This document shows positions 8,600 to 18,500 of a stretch of 64,000 nucleotides of DNA, in pieces. The first letter of the stretch is position 1. Each line of letters starts with the position of its first letter. A program made the position numbers and the translations under genes. Under the pieces are notes generated by a model, which saw only the letters and a program-made list of their open reading frames with translations, made no database searches and had not been told where the DNA came from. The stretch covers positions 3,747-67,746 of the IMG/VR virus record IMGVR_UViG_3300028832_000138; one strand, 5' to 3'. The DNA is from a virus. Lineage: Duplodnaviria > Caudoviricetes.

Positions 8600-10642
8600 T
8601 TATCTAGTAACTATTTTAATATATCCTGTTATACCGGCTTGATCTGGATATCCTCCTCTACCACAATTAGCAGGTATACCATATGAACTATTTTCTGCAC
8701 TTACATCTGTTGGGGTTGCTTTTACGTTACTTGCATCTGTCCATGAATGATATGCACCCGTAGTTGTACCAACAGAACCACCACCAGCATCATTGTCACC
8801 ACCAGCGCCTCCGCCTCCGGCACCGCCATTTCCTTGCATGTTACCTTCACCACCGCCTCCTCCGGCGCCTCCACCTTGGCCTCCATTTCCGCCACCGCCA
8901 TATGCTGCATGTCCAGGATCTCCACTATTCCATGCACCATCTGCTTTTCCGCCGTATAAAGATGGGAAGTTTACAGTATCCCCATTATTACCTGCACCAC
9001 CACCACCATTCATATTTCCATTACCACCAGACGCACCAGGTTTAGATAAATTTGTATCATTTATTCCATTGAAATAATATCTACCTCCACCGGCTCCACC
9101 GCCACCGCCATATGTTGCTGTGCTAGAACCACCGGCACCTCCACCACCAGCACCTCCATTAACATAATATGTAAATAATATTGAATTAATATAAGTAGAT
9201 AATGCACCAGCACCGCCGTTTCCACCAGTGCTACCGCTACTTGTACCACCAGCCCCACCGTTATTCCCGGCTCCTCCTAAAACAGCAGTAATTACTGTAT
9301 CATTATTCACCGTGAAATCTTGTACTGTTAATTGTCCTTTACCACCGCATCCACCAGATGCAGAACCAACACTTGAACCTCCGGCACCGCCTGTAGCTCT
9401 CAATATCGCACGATAATTTCCACGAGGCAATGTAACATTATAAGTCCCAGCTGTACCTGTTTCGAATATTGTAACTCCTGGTGTTAAGTTTATTTGTACA
9501 TTTATAGTTTGTGTTGAGTTTACTATTACATCATCTCCAACGGATGTGTAATTTGTTTTACTTACGTTATAATGCACACTTGTTCCATGAGCTACAGTAA
9601 TTGAGTTACCAGATTGAGTATATCCTGCAGCAGTAAGTGTCACAGTAGCGTCAGAAGGATTAGGTATTACTGAGAAGGTATGAAGTTCTAACAATGAAAC
9701 TGCGATATTATTATCTGTTGTTACTGTTGTTGTATTGCTTACTGTTTGATAACCTGATTTTGATACCGTATAAGCAACAGAAGTATTATTTGGAACTATT
9801 ATAGAATTACCTGATTGAGTATAACCAGAAGCTGTAAGAACTACTGTGGCATCTGATGGAGTTGGAGTAATTGTAAGTATTGAACCTAAAGCTACATTGA
9901 TTGTTCTTGCTTCTGTTACTGTAACTGTATTTGTGACTGTTGGGAATCCAGTCTTAGATACACTATAAGTTACAGGTGTTCCATAAGGTACTGTTATACT
10001 ATTACCACTTACAAGATTATTTATATCATAATAGTTAGATGATGAGAAGTTTGTAAATCCATCTATTATTTGAGTTACTGCTTGTGATACTTGTCCAAAA
10101 TCTATTGAGAATGTGACCGTTGCATCAGATGGGGTTGGATTGATTGTAAGTGTGCAACTTTGTAATGCTAGTGAAACCTCAGTTGTTCTATCTGATGTAA
10201 TTAACACCGATGCTGTTTGCGTTACATAACCAGGAGCAGATACTGTATATGTTACTGTTGTGCCGGTTGGTACTAATGTTGAATTTCCTACAATTGTACC
10301 GGTATTGAATGTAACTGTTGCATTGGATGGGTCTGGAATAATTGTAAATAGATAGTTGGATAAATTATAGTCACTACCACCATTACCACCATTTTCTTTT
10401 GTTTTTCCTCCAGCTCCAACAAGATATGTTATATTGGTAGCCTGAGGAATGGTAAACCAATTTTCAAACAATTCACCAACACCACCAGCACCAGCAGAAC
10501 CTGACCCACCTCCTGATCTACCAGCCACATAATAATTTCCTGGTGGAAGTGTAAAAGTTTCAGGTGTATCCATAGCATCTTCTATTAGATACATGAATTC
10601 CTTATCTGGTAAATACATAAAAGGATTTAAGGTAGTTTTCAT
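8600..10642 (-). CDS. Gly-rich fibre/adhesin with four Ig/PEGA-like repeats
   Basis: Partial Gly-rich domain at the N-terminus, four repeats, then a complete Gly-rich domain at the C-terminus. Confidence 0.75.
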   Translation of the reverse strand: MKTTLNPFMYLPDKEFMYLIEDAMDTPETFTLPPGNYYVAGRSGGGSGSAGAGGVGELFENWFTIPQATNITYLVGAGGKTKENGGNGGSDYNLSNYLFTIIPDPSNATVTFNTGTIVGNSTLVPTGTTVTYTVSAPGYVTQTASVLITSDRTTEVSLALQSCTLTINPTPSDATVTFSIDFGQVSQAVTQIIDGFTNFSSSNYYDINNLVSGNSITVPYGTPVTYSVSKTGFPTVTNTVTVTEARTINVALGSILTITPTPSDATVVLTASGYTQSGNSIIVPNNTSVAYTVSKSGYQTVSNTTTVTTDNNIAVSLLELHTFSVIPNPSDATVTLTAAGYTQSGNSITVAHGTSVHYNVSKTNYTSVGDDVIVNSTQTINVQINLTPGVTIFETGTAGTYNVTLPRGNYRAILRATGGAGGSSVGSASGGCGGKGQLTVQDFTVNNDTVITAVLGGAGNNGGAGGTSSGSTGGNGGAGALSTYINSILFTYYVNGGAGGGGAGGSSTATYGGGGGAGGGRYYFNGINDTNLSKPGASGGNGNMNGGGGAGNNGDTVNFPSLYGGKADGAWNSGDPGHAAYGGGGNGGQGGGAGGGGGEGNMQGNGGAGGGGAGGDNDAGGGSVGTTTGAYHSWTDASNVKATPTDVSAENSSYGIPANCGRGGYPDQAGITGYIKIVTR

Positions 10643-13161
10643 TAGTATTCGCCACCGTAATTTCCAACTGTTTCAACTACGTTATTTATTTTTTGTACTC
10701 TAACTGTAAATATACCTGTTGTGTTGACATTTTGAGGAGTTTGTTCACTATCTATAATCCAATGATCAATTCCATTCCAACCAATTGCAGGTATAGAAGC
10801 TCCAACTTTTACATATATTTCAAAAGTTTTAGCTGTATTATTTTCCATTGCAGAACTTACATTTGAATGGTCTATTGTAATTTGAGTATTTGTTGTTGCT
10901 GTTACTTGATATATTGCAATTTTTGGATCTAATACGATATTTTGTGTTGCACTAGAAGATAATACTTTAATGTTTTGTTTGTTTTGTTTTTCGTCACAAT
11001 ATCCTTTAGTGGCTATAATTTCTGAAGCATTAAAGTTTGTGGTTGGTTCACCTTGTTTATAATATACACCATATTTTGTTACATATATACCATAATTTCT
11101 TGCATTACCAACACCAGCAGCTATATATTGCATTGGTATTGTTACGTTATTGTGTGCTGTACCATTTTGTTCAGTAAACGAGTATTGATTACATTCAGCA
11201 GATATTGCACAATTATTAGCATTTGGTGTTGTAGAGTCTTCTGTTGATATCATTGGCAAATAATTTATAACACTTGTAGCGATTATTGTTATCTGATCAT
11301 TTGTTACAGCTGCTCCAGTATAACTAATACCATAATCGTTTATATCTTCTATTTCTTGACCATCTAAAACCCATTTTGTACCATTATAATTAAATTGATA
11401 AGTACCAGATAATATATCGTGGGTTATCAATTCATCATCATCTAATGTAAGGTTACTTAAGTGATCTGAACCAACTGTTATACTACTTCCACTTGTGTTT
11501 AATGTTATTTGACGGCTATAGCTTATTATTGATTTTACTGTATCACCCATCTTAAGAGCATTACTAAAATCTGTTTTTAATAAACCACCATTAGTTGATT
11601 GTGTTGTTATAAATTCAAATTGTGCTCCATGTTGACTATCAGTGTAATATTGCGGAGAAGTAGATGGAATAAAGTTTGAGTTAAAATAAGAATTATCGTA
11701 ATTTGTTGTAAATGATAAAACACCGCCACTATTACTTACATCAGTTATGGTTATTTCAATAAATGGAGAAGTAGAATCACCAGAAGGTCTTATATTTGTT
11801 GTTATTATATCACCTATACTATATCCTGATCCAAAATCTAATCTATTTGTGTTTAAAACATATATAGGATCATTAGAAGCTGCTATTTCCCATCCTTGAC
11901 TTGTAATATTTGATAAACTTCTATTCGCAAATTCTGCATTATCTATTGAATTTGTTATATAAGAATAAACAGCATGTGTGGTAGGATATTTTGTATCGCT
12001 TGTTCTGTTTTCGGTTATGTTTATTGCTTTATTTTCTGTAAATTCATAATCTGTAAATCTAAAACCATGATTATACATATCATTTACTTTGGAAACTGCC
12101 ATCGATGGAATTAAATTTGACCAATCATTATATAAAAGTGGTTTATTTCCATTAATACTGTTATGTATTGTTTCATTTGTAAGATCTGCAGTATTTATAT
12201 TAGATGTATCTCTATATGCCAATGGTTTATTACCTATAACATCTATTTTCCCAAATGTTTCTGCACTTATTCCAAAAGTTGCACCATTAGTGTCTGTAAA
12301 TGTTGTTGGCCAACCAGCAGGGATTGAATTTATTGTTGTACTATCATAGTTTGTTGTAAAGTTTGCAATAGCTCCATTTTCTTCAACGGTTGTAACTGTA
12401 ATTATTATTGGAGATCCTGATATTGGCTCAATACCTGTATTTATTGTATCATTTTCACTATAATTCTCGCCAGGATTTGTCATTGTAACTATTACATTAC
12501 AAAATCCTGCTTCAATATCAGAATGTATTGTTAAACTTGTAAGATCCGTATTGTTTACATTTGTAGTATCACGATAAGCCAAAGGTTTGTTACCATTTAG
12601 CCCAGTGCCATCATGAATTACATCACTCACTAAATCTGCTGTGTTGATATTTGTAGTGTCACGATAAGCTAAAGGTTTATTGCCTGGCGCTTCTATTGTT
12701 TCACCATTTTCTTCAATTGTGCCATTGTGTTTTGTTTCATCTACTAAATTTGCAGTATCAATATTTGTGGTATCTTTATAAGCCATTCCATATAAATCTA
12801 AAATAGCTCTAGCTACACCGTAACCTTCTGCTGTTGCTACTAAGTTTGATAGATCTGCATAAGCTAAGTTTTTACCTTTATGCCACATATCACTGCCCTC
12901 ATTATCTTCGTCTCTTTCGGCAAGTAATTGTGTATTAACATTGGCCATATCAGCTCTAGCCATATAAATACCACCAGCTCTATTGTTTCCAATATGAAGT
13001 CTGATTGTTGGAGCTCCAGCTGCTGAAGTTGCTCTAGAATTGTTATTTTCAGAGCTGGCAACACCACCACTACCAAGGTCTACTACTATTTCACCTTCTA
13101 CACCAATGAATTCATCGTTTTCGCTGGTATTTCCTCTTCTAAAACTAATTGCTTCTGCCAT
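10642..13161 (-). CDS. tail fibre/baseplate-attached protein with Mtd_N-like N-terminus and internal repeats
   Basis: ISFRRGNT...GVEGEIVVD; GNKPLAYRDTxN repeats; shares modules with the baseplate wedge proteins. Confidence 0.7.
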   Translation of the reverse strand: MAEAISFRRGNTSENDEFIGVEGEIVVDLGSGGVASSENNNSRATSAAGAPTIRLHIGNNRAGGIYMARADMANVNTQLLAERDEDNEGSDMWHKGKNLAYADLSNLVATAEGYGVARAILDLYGMAYKDTTNIDTANLVDETKHNGTIEENGETIEAPGNKPLAYRDTTNINTADLVSDVIHDGTGLNGNKPLAYRDTTNVNNTDLTSLTIHSDIEAGFCNVIVTMTNPGENYSENDTINTGIEPISGSPIIITVTTVEENGAIANFTTNYDSTTINSIPAGWPTTFTDTNGATFGISAETFGKIDVIGNKPLAYRDTSNINTADLTNETIHNSINGNKPLLYNDWSNLIPSMAVSKVNDMYNHGFRFTDYEFTENKAINITENRTSDTKYPTTHAVYSYITNSIDNAEFANRSLSNITSQGWEIAASNDPIYVLNTNRLDFGSGYSIGDIITTNIRPSGDSTSPFIEITITDVSNSGGVLSFTTNYDNSYFNSNFIPSTSPQYYTDSQHGAQFEFITTQSTNGGLLKTDFSNALKMGDTVKSIISYSRQITLNTSGSSITVGSDHLSNLTLDDDELITHDILSGTYQFNYNGTKWVLDGQEIEDINDYGISYTGAAVTNDQITIIATSVINYLPMISTEDSTTPNANNCAISAECNQYSFTEQNGTAHNNVTIPMQYIAAGVGNARNYGIYVTKYGVYYKQGEPTTNFNASEIIATKGYCDEKQNKQNIKVLSSSATQNIVLDPKIAIYQVTATTNTQITIDHSNVSSAMENNTAKTFEIYVKVGASIPAIGWNGIDHWIIDSEQTPQNVNTTGIFTVRVQKINNVVETVGNYGGEY

Positions 13162-13172
13162 GTTTTATTTCC

Positions 13173-15569
13173 TTAAAAACTTATTCTTATACTACACAAA
13201 ACGTTATCTCTATGATTTTCTAAATTAGGTCTTTTATCTATAATTTTACCTAAACAAAAACCACTGCTTTCTGTTGATGCTTTACCATCTTCAAATCTTG
13301 ATAAATAAACTCGATCTCCAAAATGTGGCACACATTTGTCATCAAATATAACTGGAACTTTCCCAACTAATGCTACTGGAAGATAATTTGCTGTTTTCTT
13401 TTCACCTAATATATATCCAGGTTTATCAGAAATAACACCATTACATTCAACTGATGCGATTGTTATTTCTTTCATTCCAGAGCCCATGGTAATTAAAGTA
13501 CCAGCTGGATATATTTCATCAGATTCATAATATTCGGCCAAGTCTCCCCATTGCGCTCTGTATGCTGTACCACTAAATCCAACACCGCTAACTGTACTTA
13601 CTATTTGTTTTGTAAATTTAGTATGTGTATCAATAATGACTGGATTGCTAGCAGACTCTCCTGGGTTACCATCAATTCGTGTTTTTTGTACATAATTTAG
13701 TTGAAGATTTTTTGGGCAGACTGATGTAATTTCACTAACACCAGAATTTGCACTTACATTCCCTGTTTCATTATTATCTGCATATCTTGTTGTACCATAT
13801 TCTGCATAAGAAGCTTCATTGCGTAAATCTAAAGCTAATTTTACTGAACTATTTCCTTCTCCAACACCAGTACACCAACCAATAAAGCCTTCTGTTTCAA
13901 TTATGGTAAATTTACCTCTACGATCTCTTGGTTCTGTTGATGCATTAAATCCTGCTGCTGTACAATAATTATTCCAAACAGTTGTTGAGTCACTTGTATG
14001 GTCTATATCAACATATAATGGTTTATTTAACCAGTTTACATCGTGTTCAGAAGCTCTACCAGAAGGAAAGTTCCATATTTCATTATTGTCAGCAACATAA
14101 CCATATGAAAGTTTTATACGAGCAATATTTTCTGCTGGGTAACTTTCTTCTTCATCACCTCTTCTTGTACAATACCAATATTCAAATCCTTCACTACTTG
14201 CAATACTATTACCACCTTTTGGGGTAACATCTGAAATTGCTGCAACTGCGTGTGTTCCTTCTTCGGTGTTTGACACAGTACAGTAGAAAGTTTTACCATT
14301 TTTTTCATAGTGTAAAACATCTCCAGTAACATAATCAGCACCTCTAAATGTTTCACTTAGTTGTACGTAATATTCATATTCATATAAGAAATTTCTAATA
14401 TTACCAGCAAAACAAACTGAATTACCGACTTTCAAACCAGTTAATACACTAGTTACAGTACTTGCGCCTGGCTGTGTATTTAATAATCTATCCCCGTCAG
14501 CTAACACAAATTTTCCAATGTTACTATCCCAAGATACAACCATATAATTTTTACAAGACGCATCAAAATTTTCTGGAGCCAATGAAATTTTATCATCATT
14601 TGCAGTTAAATAAGTCCATTTCCATGTGTATCTAGGAATACTATCTGTTCCAATTTGTGTGCTTTCTAATGTTCTAATTGCAAGAGCTGGGGCATTTGAC
14701 ATATTGAAATTATCAACCAAATAAACATTATAAGGATAGATTGATGTATTATTCATAGCTGTCATATTTTCTAATTCTTCATTTGTAGCAATTTCTGGAA
14801 TACTATGAGCATCTTCAGGACTACATGTTATATCAGCTACGTTCCCTAAATTACTTAAAACCAAATTAAAATATAATTTTACAGCATTACCTACTCTAGA
14901 TGCGTTTGTTGCATATTTTTGTATTGGTTCTGATAAATTACCAATGGCAAACAATATACCTTCTCCGCCTTGTTCTGTATTTTGATCTTTTACGTATAAA
15001 CCAATTGAACCTATTGTGTATTCTTCTACTCTTGATCCATTTAAATAACCAACAGTATCTGAGTCAACCAATAGTGTAAATTGTAAACCAGCATTCCCTA
15101 GACTTTTTCTCCAAGTAAGAGTTTTATTATTTGTCAAAGAAAAACTTGCATCGCCTAATGAGGTATCTAAAACAATATCTCCAGCCCTTATAAAGTCTGA
15201 ATTTGTCCAAGATGTAAGGGGTATACTAGGATTTACTATATTCCCTGTTTTTACTTTTACACAAGAAATATCAAATACATATTCTCCAGTTCTCATATTG
15301 GCTAAAGCATCTAATCCAGCATCAGTAACTGTAAGAGAATAGTTGGGATCTAAAGTTTCAAGCACCCAGTTGGCACCATTAAATAATTCAATAGACCATA
15401 ATGGAGTTTCCATATCAGTCATATTTACATATGGATCATTAGCAATAGCAACTTTTGTACCAGAGGCTACATCATCACCGCTAAAAACACTATTTCTGTC
15501 TGCTCTAGTTGGGAAAAAGTATTCTGGACTTGTTACTAAATTTAAGGCTTGCGTTTTTGATATTTTCAT
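13173..15569 (-). CDS. baseplate/fibre protein with a C-terminal peptidase G2-like chaperone domain
   Basis: Follows the gp7-like gene; C-terminal WGDLAEYYE...GVISDKPGYILG...PVALVGKVPV. Confidence 0.65.
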   Translation of the reverse strand: MKISKTQALNLVTSPEYFFPTRADRNSVFSGDDVASGTKVAIANDPYVNMTDMETPLWSIELFNGANWVLETLDPNYSLTVTDAGLDALANMRTGEYVFDISCVKVKTGNIVNPSIPLTSWTNSDFIRAGDIVLDTSLGDASFSLTNNKTLTWRKSLGNAGLQFTLLVDSDTVGYLNGSRVEEYTIGSIGLYVKDQNTEQGGEGILFAIGNLSEPIQKYATNASRVGNAVKLYFNLVLSNLGNVADITCSPEDAHSIPEIATNEELENMTAMNNTSIYPYNVYLVDNFNMSNAPALAIRTLESTQIGTDSIPRYTWKWTYLTANDDKISLAPENFDASCKNYMVVSWDSNIGKFVLADGDRLLNTQPGASTVTSVLTGLKVGNSVCFAGNIRNFLYEYEYYVQLSETFRGADYVTGDVLHYEKNGKTFYCTVSNTEEGTHAVAAISDVTPKGGNSIASSEGFEYWYCTRRGDEEESYPAENIARIKLSYGYVADNNEIWNFPSGRASEHDVNWLNKPLYVDIDHTSDSTTVWNNYCTAAGFNASTEPRDRRGKFTIIETEGFIGWCTGVGEGNSSVKLALDLRNEASYAEYGTTRYADNNETGNVSANSGVSEITSVCPKNLQLNYVQKTRIDGNPGESASNPVIIDTHTKFTKQIVSTVSGVGFSGTAYRAQWGDLAEYYESDEIYPAGTLITMGSGMKEITIASVECNGVISDKPGYILGEKKTANYLPVALVGKVPVIFDDKCVPHFGDRVYLSRFEDGKASTESSGFCLGKIIDKRPNLENHRDNVLCSIRISF

Positions 15570-15580
15570 ATTTTATACTC

Positions 15581-18500
15581 TTATGTCCTCGATTGACGAT
15601 TTGGGTCACTTGTTAAGAAATGTGTTTCGTAAGGTATTGGTTGACCGCTCATAAAACCAAATAAAATTGAACCATTAACTGTTCCATCTTCGTTTATAGA
15701 AAATATTGTTTCATTTCCGAATCTATAATTTGCTATAACCCTGTGTATATATAGAACTGTTGAGGCTATTTTATAGAACTGTGAAAAAAATCTTTCTAAT
15801 GAATCATTTAATGCAGAAGAACTTTTTGGTGATAATGTTACTTCTATATGATTTGTTGGATAGTAATTTGGATCTCTTTCCCATTCCCACCATTGATACC
15901 ATTTACCTTTTACTGGGTCTTTTACATAACCATAATCTCTATCTTGAGTAACTAATCCACCTTCGTTTATTGTTACTCCAAAATCTTCATCTGGTTCTCC
16001 CATTGTCCAAGGATACGGTGAATTTGGTGTACCTTCTGATACTAAACCATAATCTGTTACATTTAATCTATATTCAGTATGATGTACAGCTCCTAATTCT
16101 TCTTTTGTAAAGAAATCAACATATTCTTTTATAGTGTTTGCTTCTGCCAACGTTTGAGTTTGAGCCTCAATAAAAAGTACACCACCAGAACCGTTTTGCA
16201 TTGTTGTTGGTGTATTTAATGATTCAATTGGATCTGTACCTGTTGTTGGAGTAAAATGGAATCTTTTAATTTCTCCAGATAAATTTACCTCATCAACATA
16301 AATTTGAAAATTATTTAAAGATTGGTTACCGGATGCAAATTTTAATATATCTCCAGCATGATAATTTCTTGATATATTAGATGCTATATATATTAAAGTT
16401 ATTTCATCGTTATTATGTGGTGTTCCAACATAACTTATACCATAATTAGATAAGTTCACATATTCACTATCATATACCCATCCAGAACCATCATATTCAA
16501 ATATTTTTGTATAATTTGAAATGGATGGATAATTATTTTCTAGTGTTTCTTTATTTACATTTAGTCCGGTTAGACTGCTTCCTTGTGTTTGTTCAACAGT
16601 TGCTAAGCTTGAAAGAATTTCATTTAAAGATAAATTATAATTAAATTTTTCAGGTCCAACATTATGAATATTCATAAACATATCTGTATCATATGGAAAC
16701 AATATTGCATTAACATCTGTACCATTTGATGGACTGTTTATTAGTAGCCTTCCATTTTTTTGTGTAAATACATTTTCTCCAGATTTTGGTGAATAGTCAT
16801 ATTGTGTTATAATATTTCTTGTACTATCGTATCCAGTTATTTCAACTTCAAATTCTCCATTGTTTTTACTATATGTGTATTTTACAGTTATGGTATTACC
16901 TGTGTCAGGGACTCCTTGATATGTGATTCCGTATTCTGACATTACAGTGTTTGGTGTATCATTAAATACCCAAGAAAATCCATTGTATTTAAATATATAT
17001 ATACCATCTTCCGTTGGGTGTAATTTGTTTTCAAACACTTTTTTATTTATTTGTACATTGCTTAGTGTTTGACTATTTACTGTCACATAAACAGAAGAAG
17101 CAAGTAAGCTAGAAAAGATAGATGTTTTAAATTTAACACCTTGGCTCACATGTTCATTATATAAATTATCCAAAGTTAGAATATAATTGATGTTTGCTTT
17201 TTTGATCTTTACCCAACCATTGCCGCCACCGGTAGAAGTAAAAGTATTGTCAGCCACTGAATGATTCCCACCCTGTGCACCTCCATTATTTACACCTCTA
17301 TATGATCCACCACCGCCATTTCCACCATAATATGTTATATTTTTACCACCTTGTGATTCAGTGTCAACATTAATAACAGGAGTAGAAACACAGTTTCCTC
17401 CATTACCACCTCTAGCTTCTCTTTCTAGACTATTATTTATTAATATTGCAGATGAACCACCGCCAGAACCTGTTGCTATTGTATCATATTTTTCAAACCA
17501 TATCCATTTACGTTGAACTCTTATTGGTGTACCTTTTGCTCCAGAATGATAACCTATACCAGGATCCCCACTATCATATGGAGTATGACCTCTTGCATAA
17601 CTTCCTTTTGCGCCACCACCTACATAAATTTTCACAACAGATTCTTGTGCTATATAGAAAGTACCACTTAAAAATTCACCATTATAACCATTTTCAGAAG
17701 GAATATCTGCAGTATCTCCAACAGTAGAATCAGCAGCACCACCAGCGCCTCCGCCACCAGACATTTCATAGAAATAAAATCCAGGTTGAAGTTTTATTGT
17801 ATAAGGAGCATCACTTGGCGTTCCATTATCAAATATGTAAGCATCTGAATATTGTATAGCACTATGTATTGTGCAAGAAATATTGTCTATATTTCTTGTA
17901 ACTTTGGCATTTTTAAGATAATATTCACGATCATCTTCTTCCCATTTTCCTATTGGATCTGTCCCCTTTTTTTGAGATAAGTTTACTCTTATGGTATTAT
18001 AATCCATATTGTCTTTTGTAAATGTAACAGAACCAGGATATCCTTCAACTTGACACAACATTGATTGTCCAAGTGGAAGTCTTTCACTGATTCCAATAAG
18101 ATCTGTACTAGGATCACATGTATAATTATATGAATATCCATTTGATTTAACATCAAAGCAAGCATTATCTCCAACACTAACTATATCATAATACCCTGTT
18201 GATATATCTAATTCACCAATTGTTTCATTTACTTGTGGAGCTATACTTGTTATTTGACCGTAATTATCAGTATTTGTTACTTTTACTTTGACATTTGTTA
18301 ATTTTCCATCTTGTTGGTCTTTTAATAAATATTGTTCATTTATTTTATAACCCAACCCGCCTTGATTTATATTGGTTATTATTTTTGTTATTGTTTTTTT
18401 GGAATTGGGTGATGCATTGTTTCTTATAGTAAATAATTGCTCTAAATTTTCTAATCCAATACTTGTGTCTGAAATATTGAATATGTTATAAGAATTTTTT

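Larger units (their letters stand above)
4380..10355 (-). repeat. eight dispersed Ig/PEGA-like coding repeats (about 65 aa) in three fibre genes
   Basis: Two in 3263..4852, two in 4889..6301 and four in 8600..10642; CC(A/T)GATTGAGTATAACCAGAAGCTGTAAG recurs near 6061 and 9811. Confidence 0.85.

Noticed and set aside
8722-9416. Pro/His-rich plus-strand and alternative-frame ORFs (also 4972..5190)
   Set aside because: They are shadows of polyGly codons in the real minus-strand genes.
4380-10355. Invertible shufflon among fibre genes
   Set aside because: The repeats are direct and coding, and I saw no invertase or inverted crossover sites.
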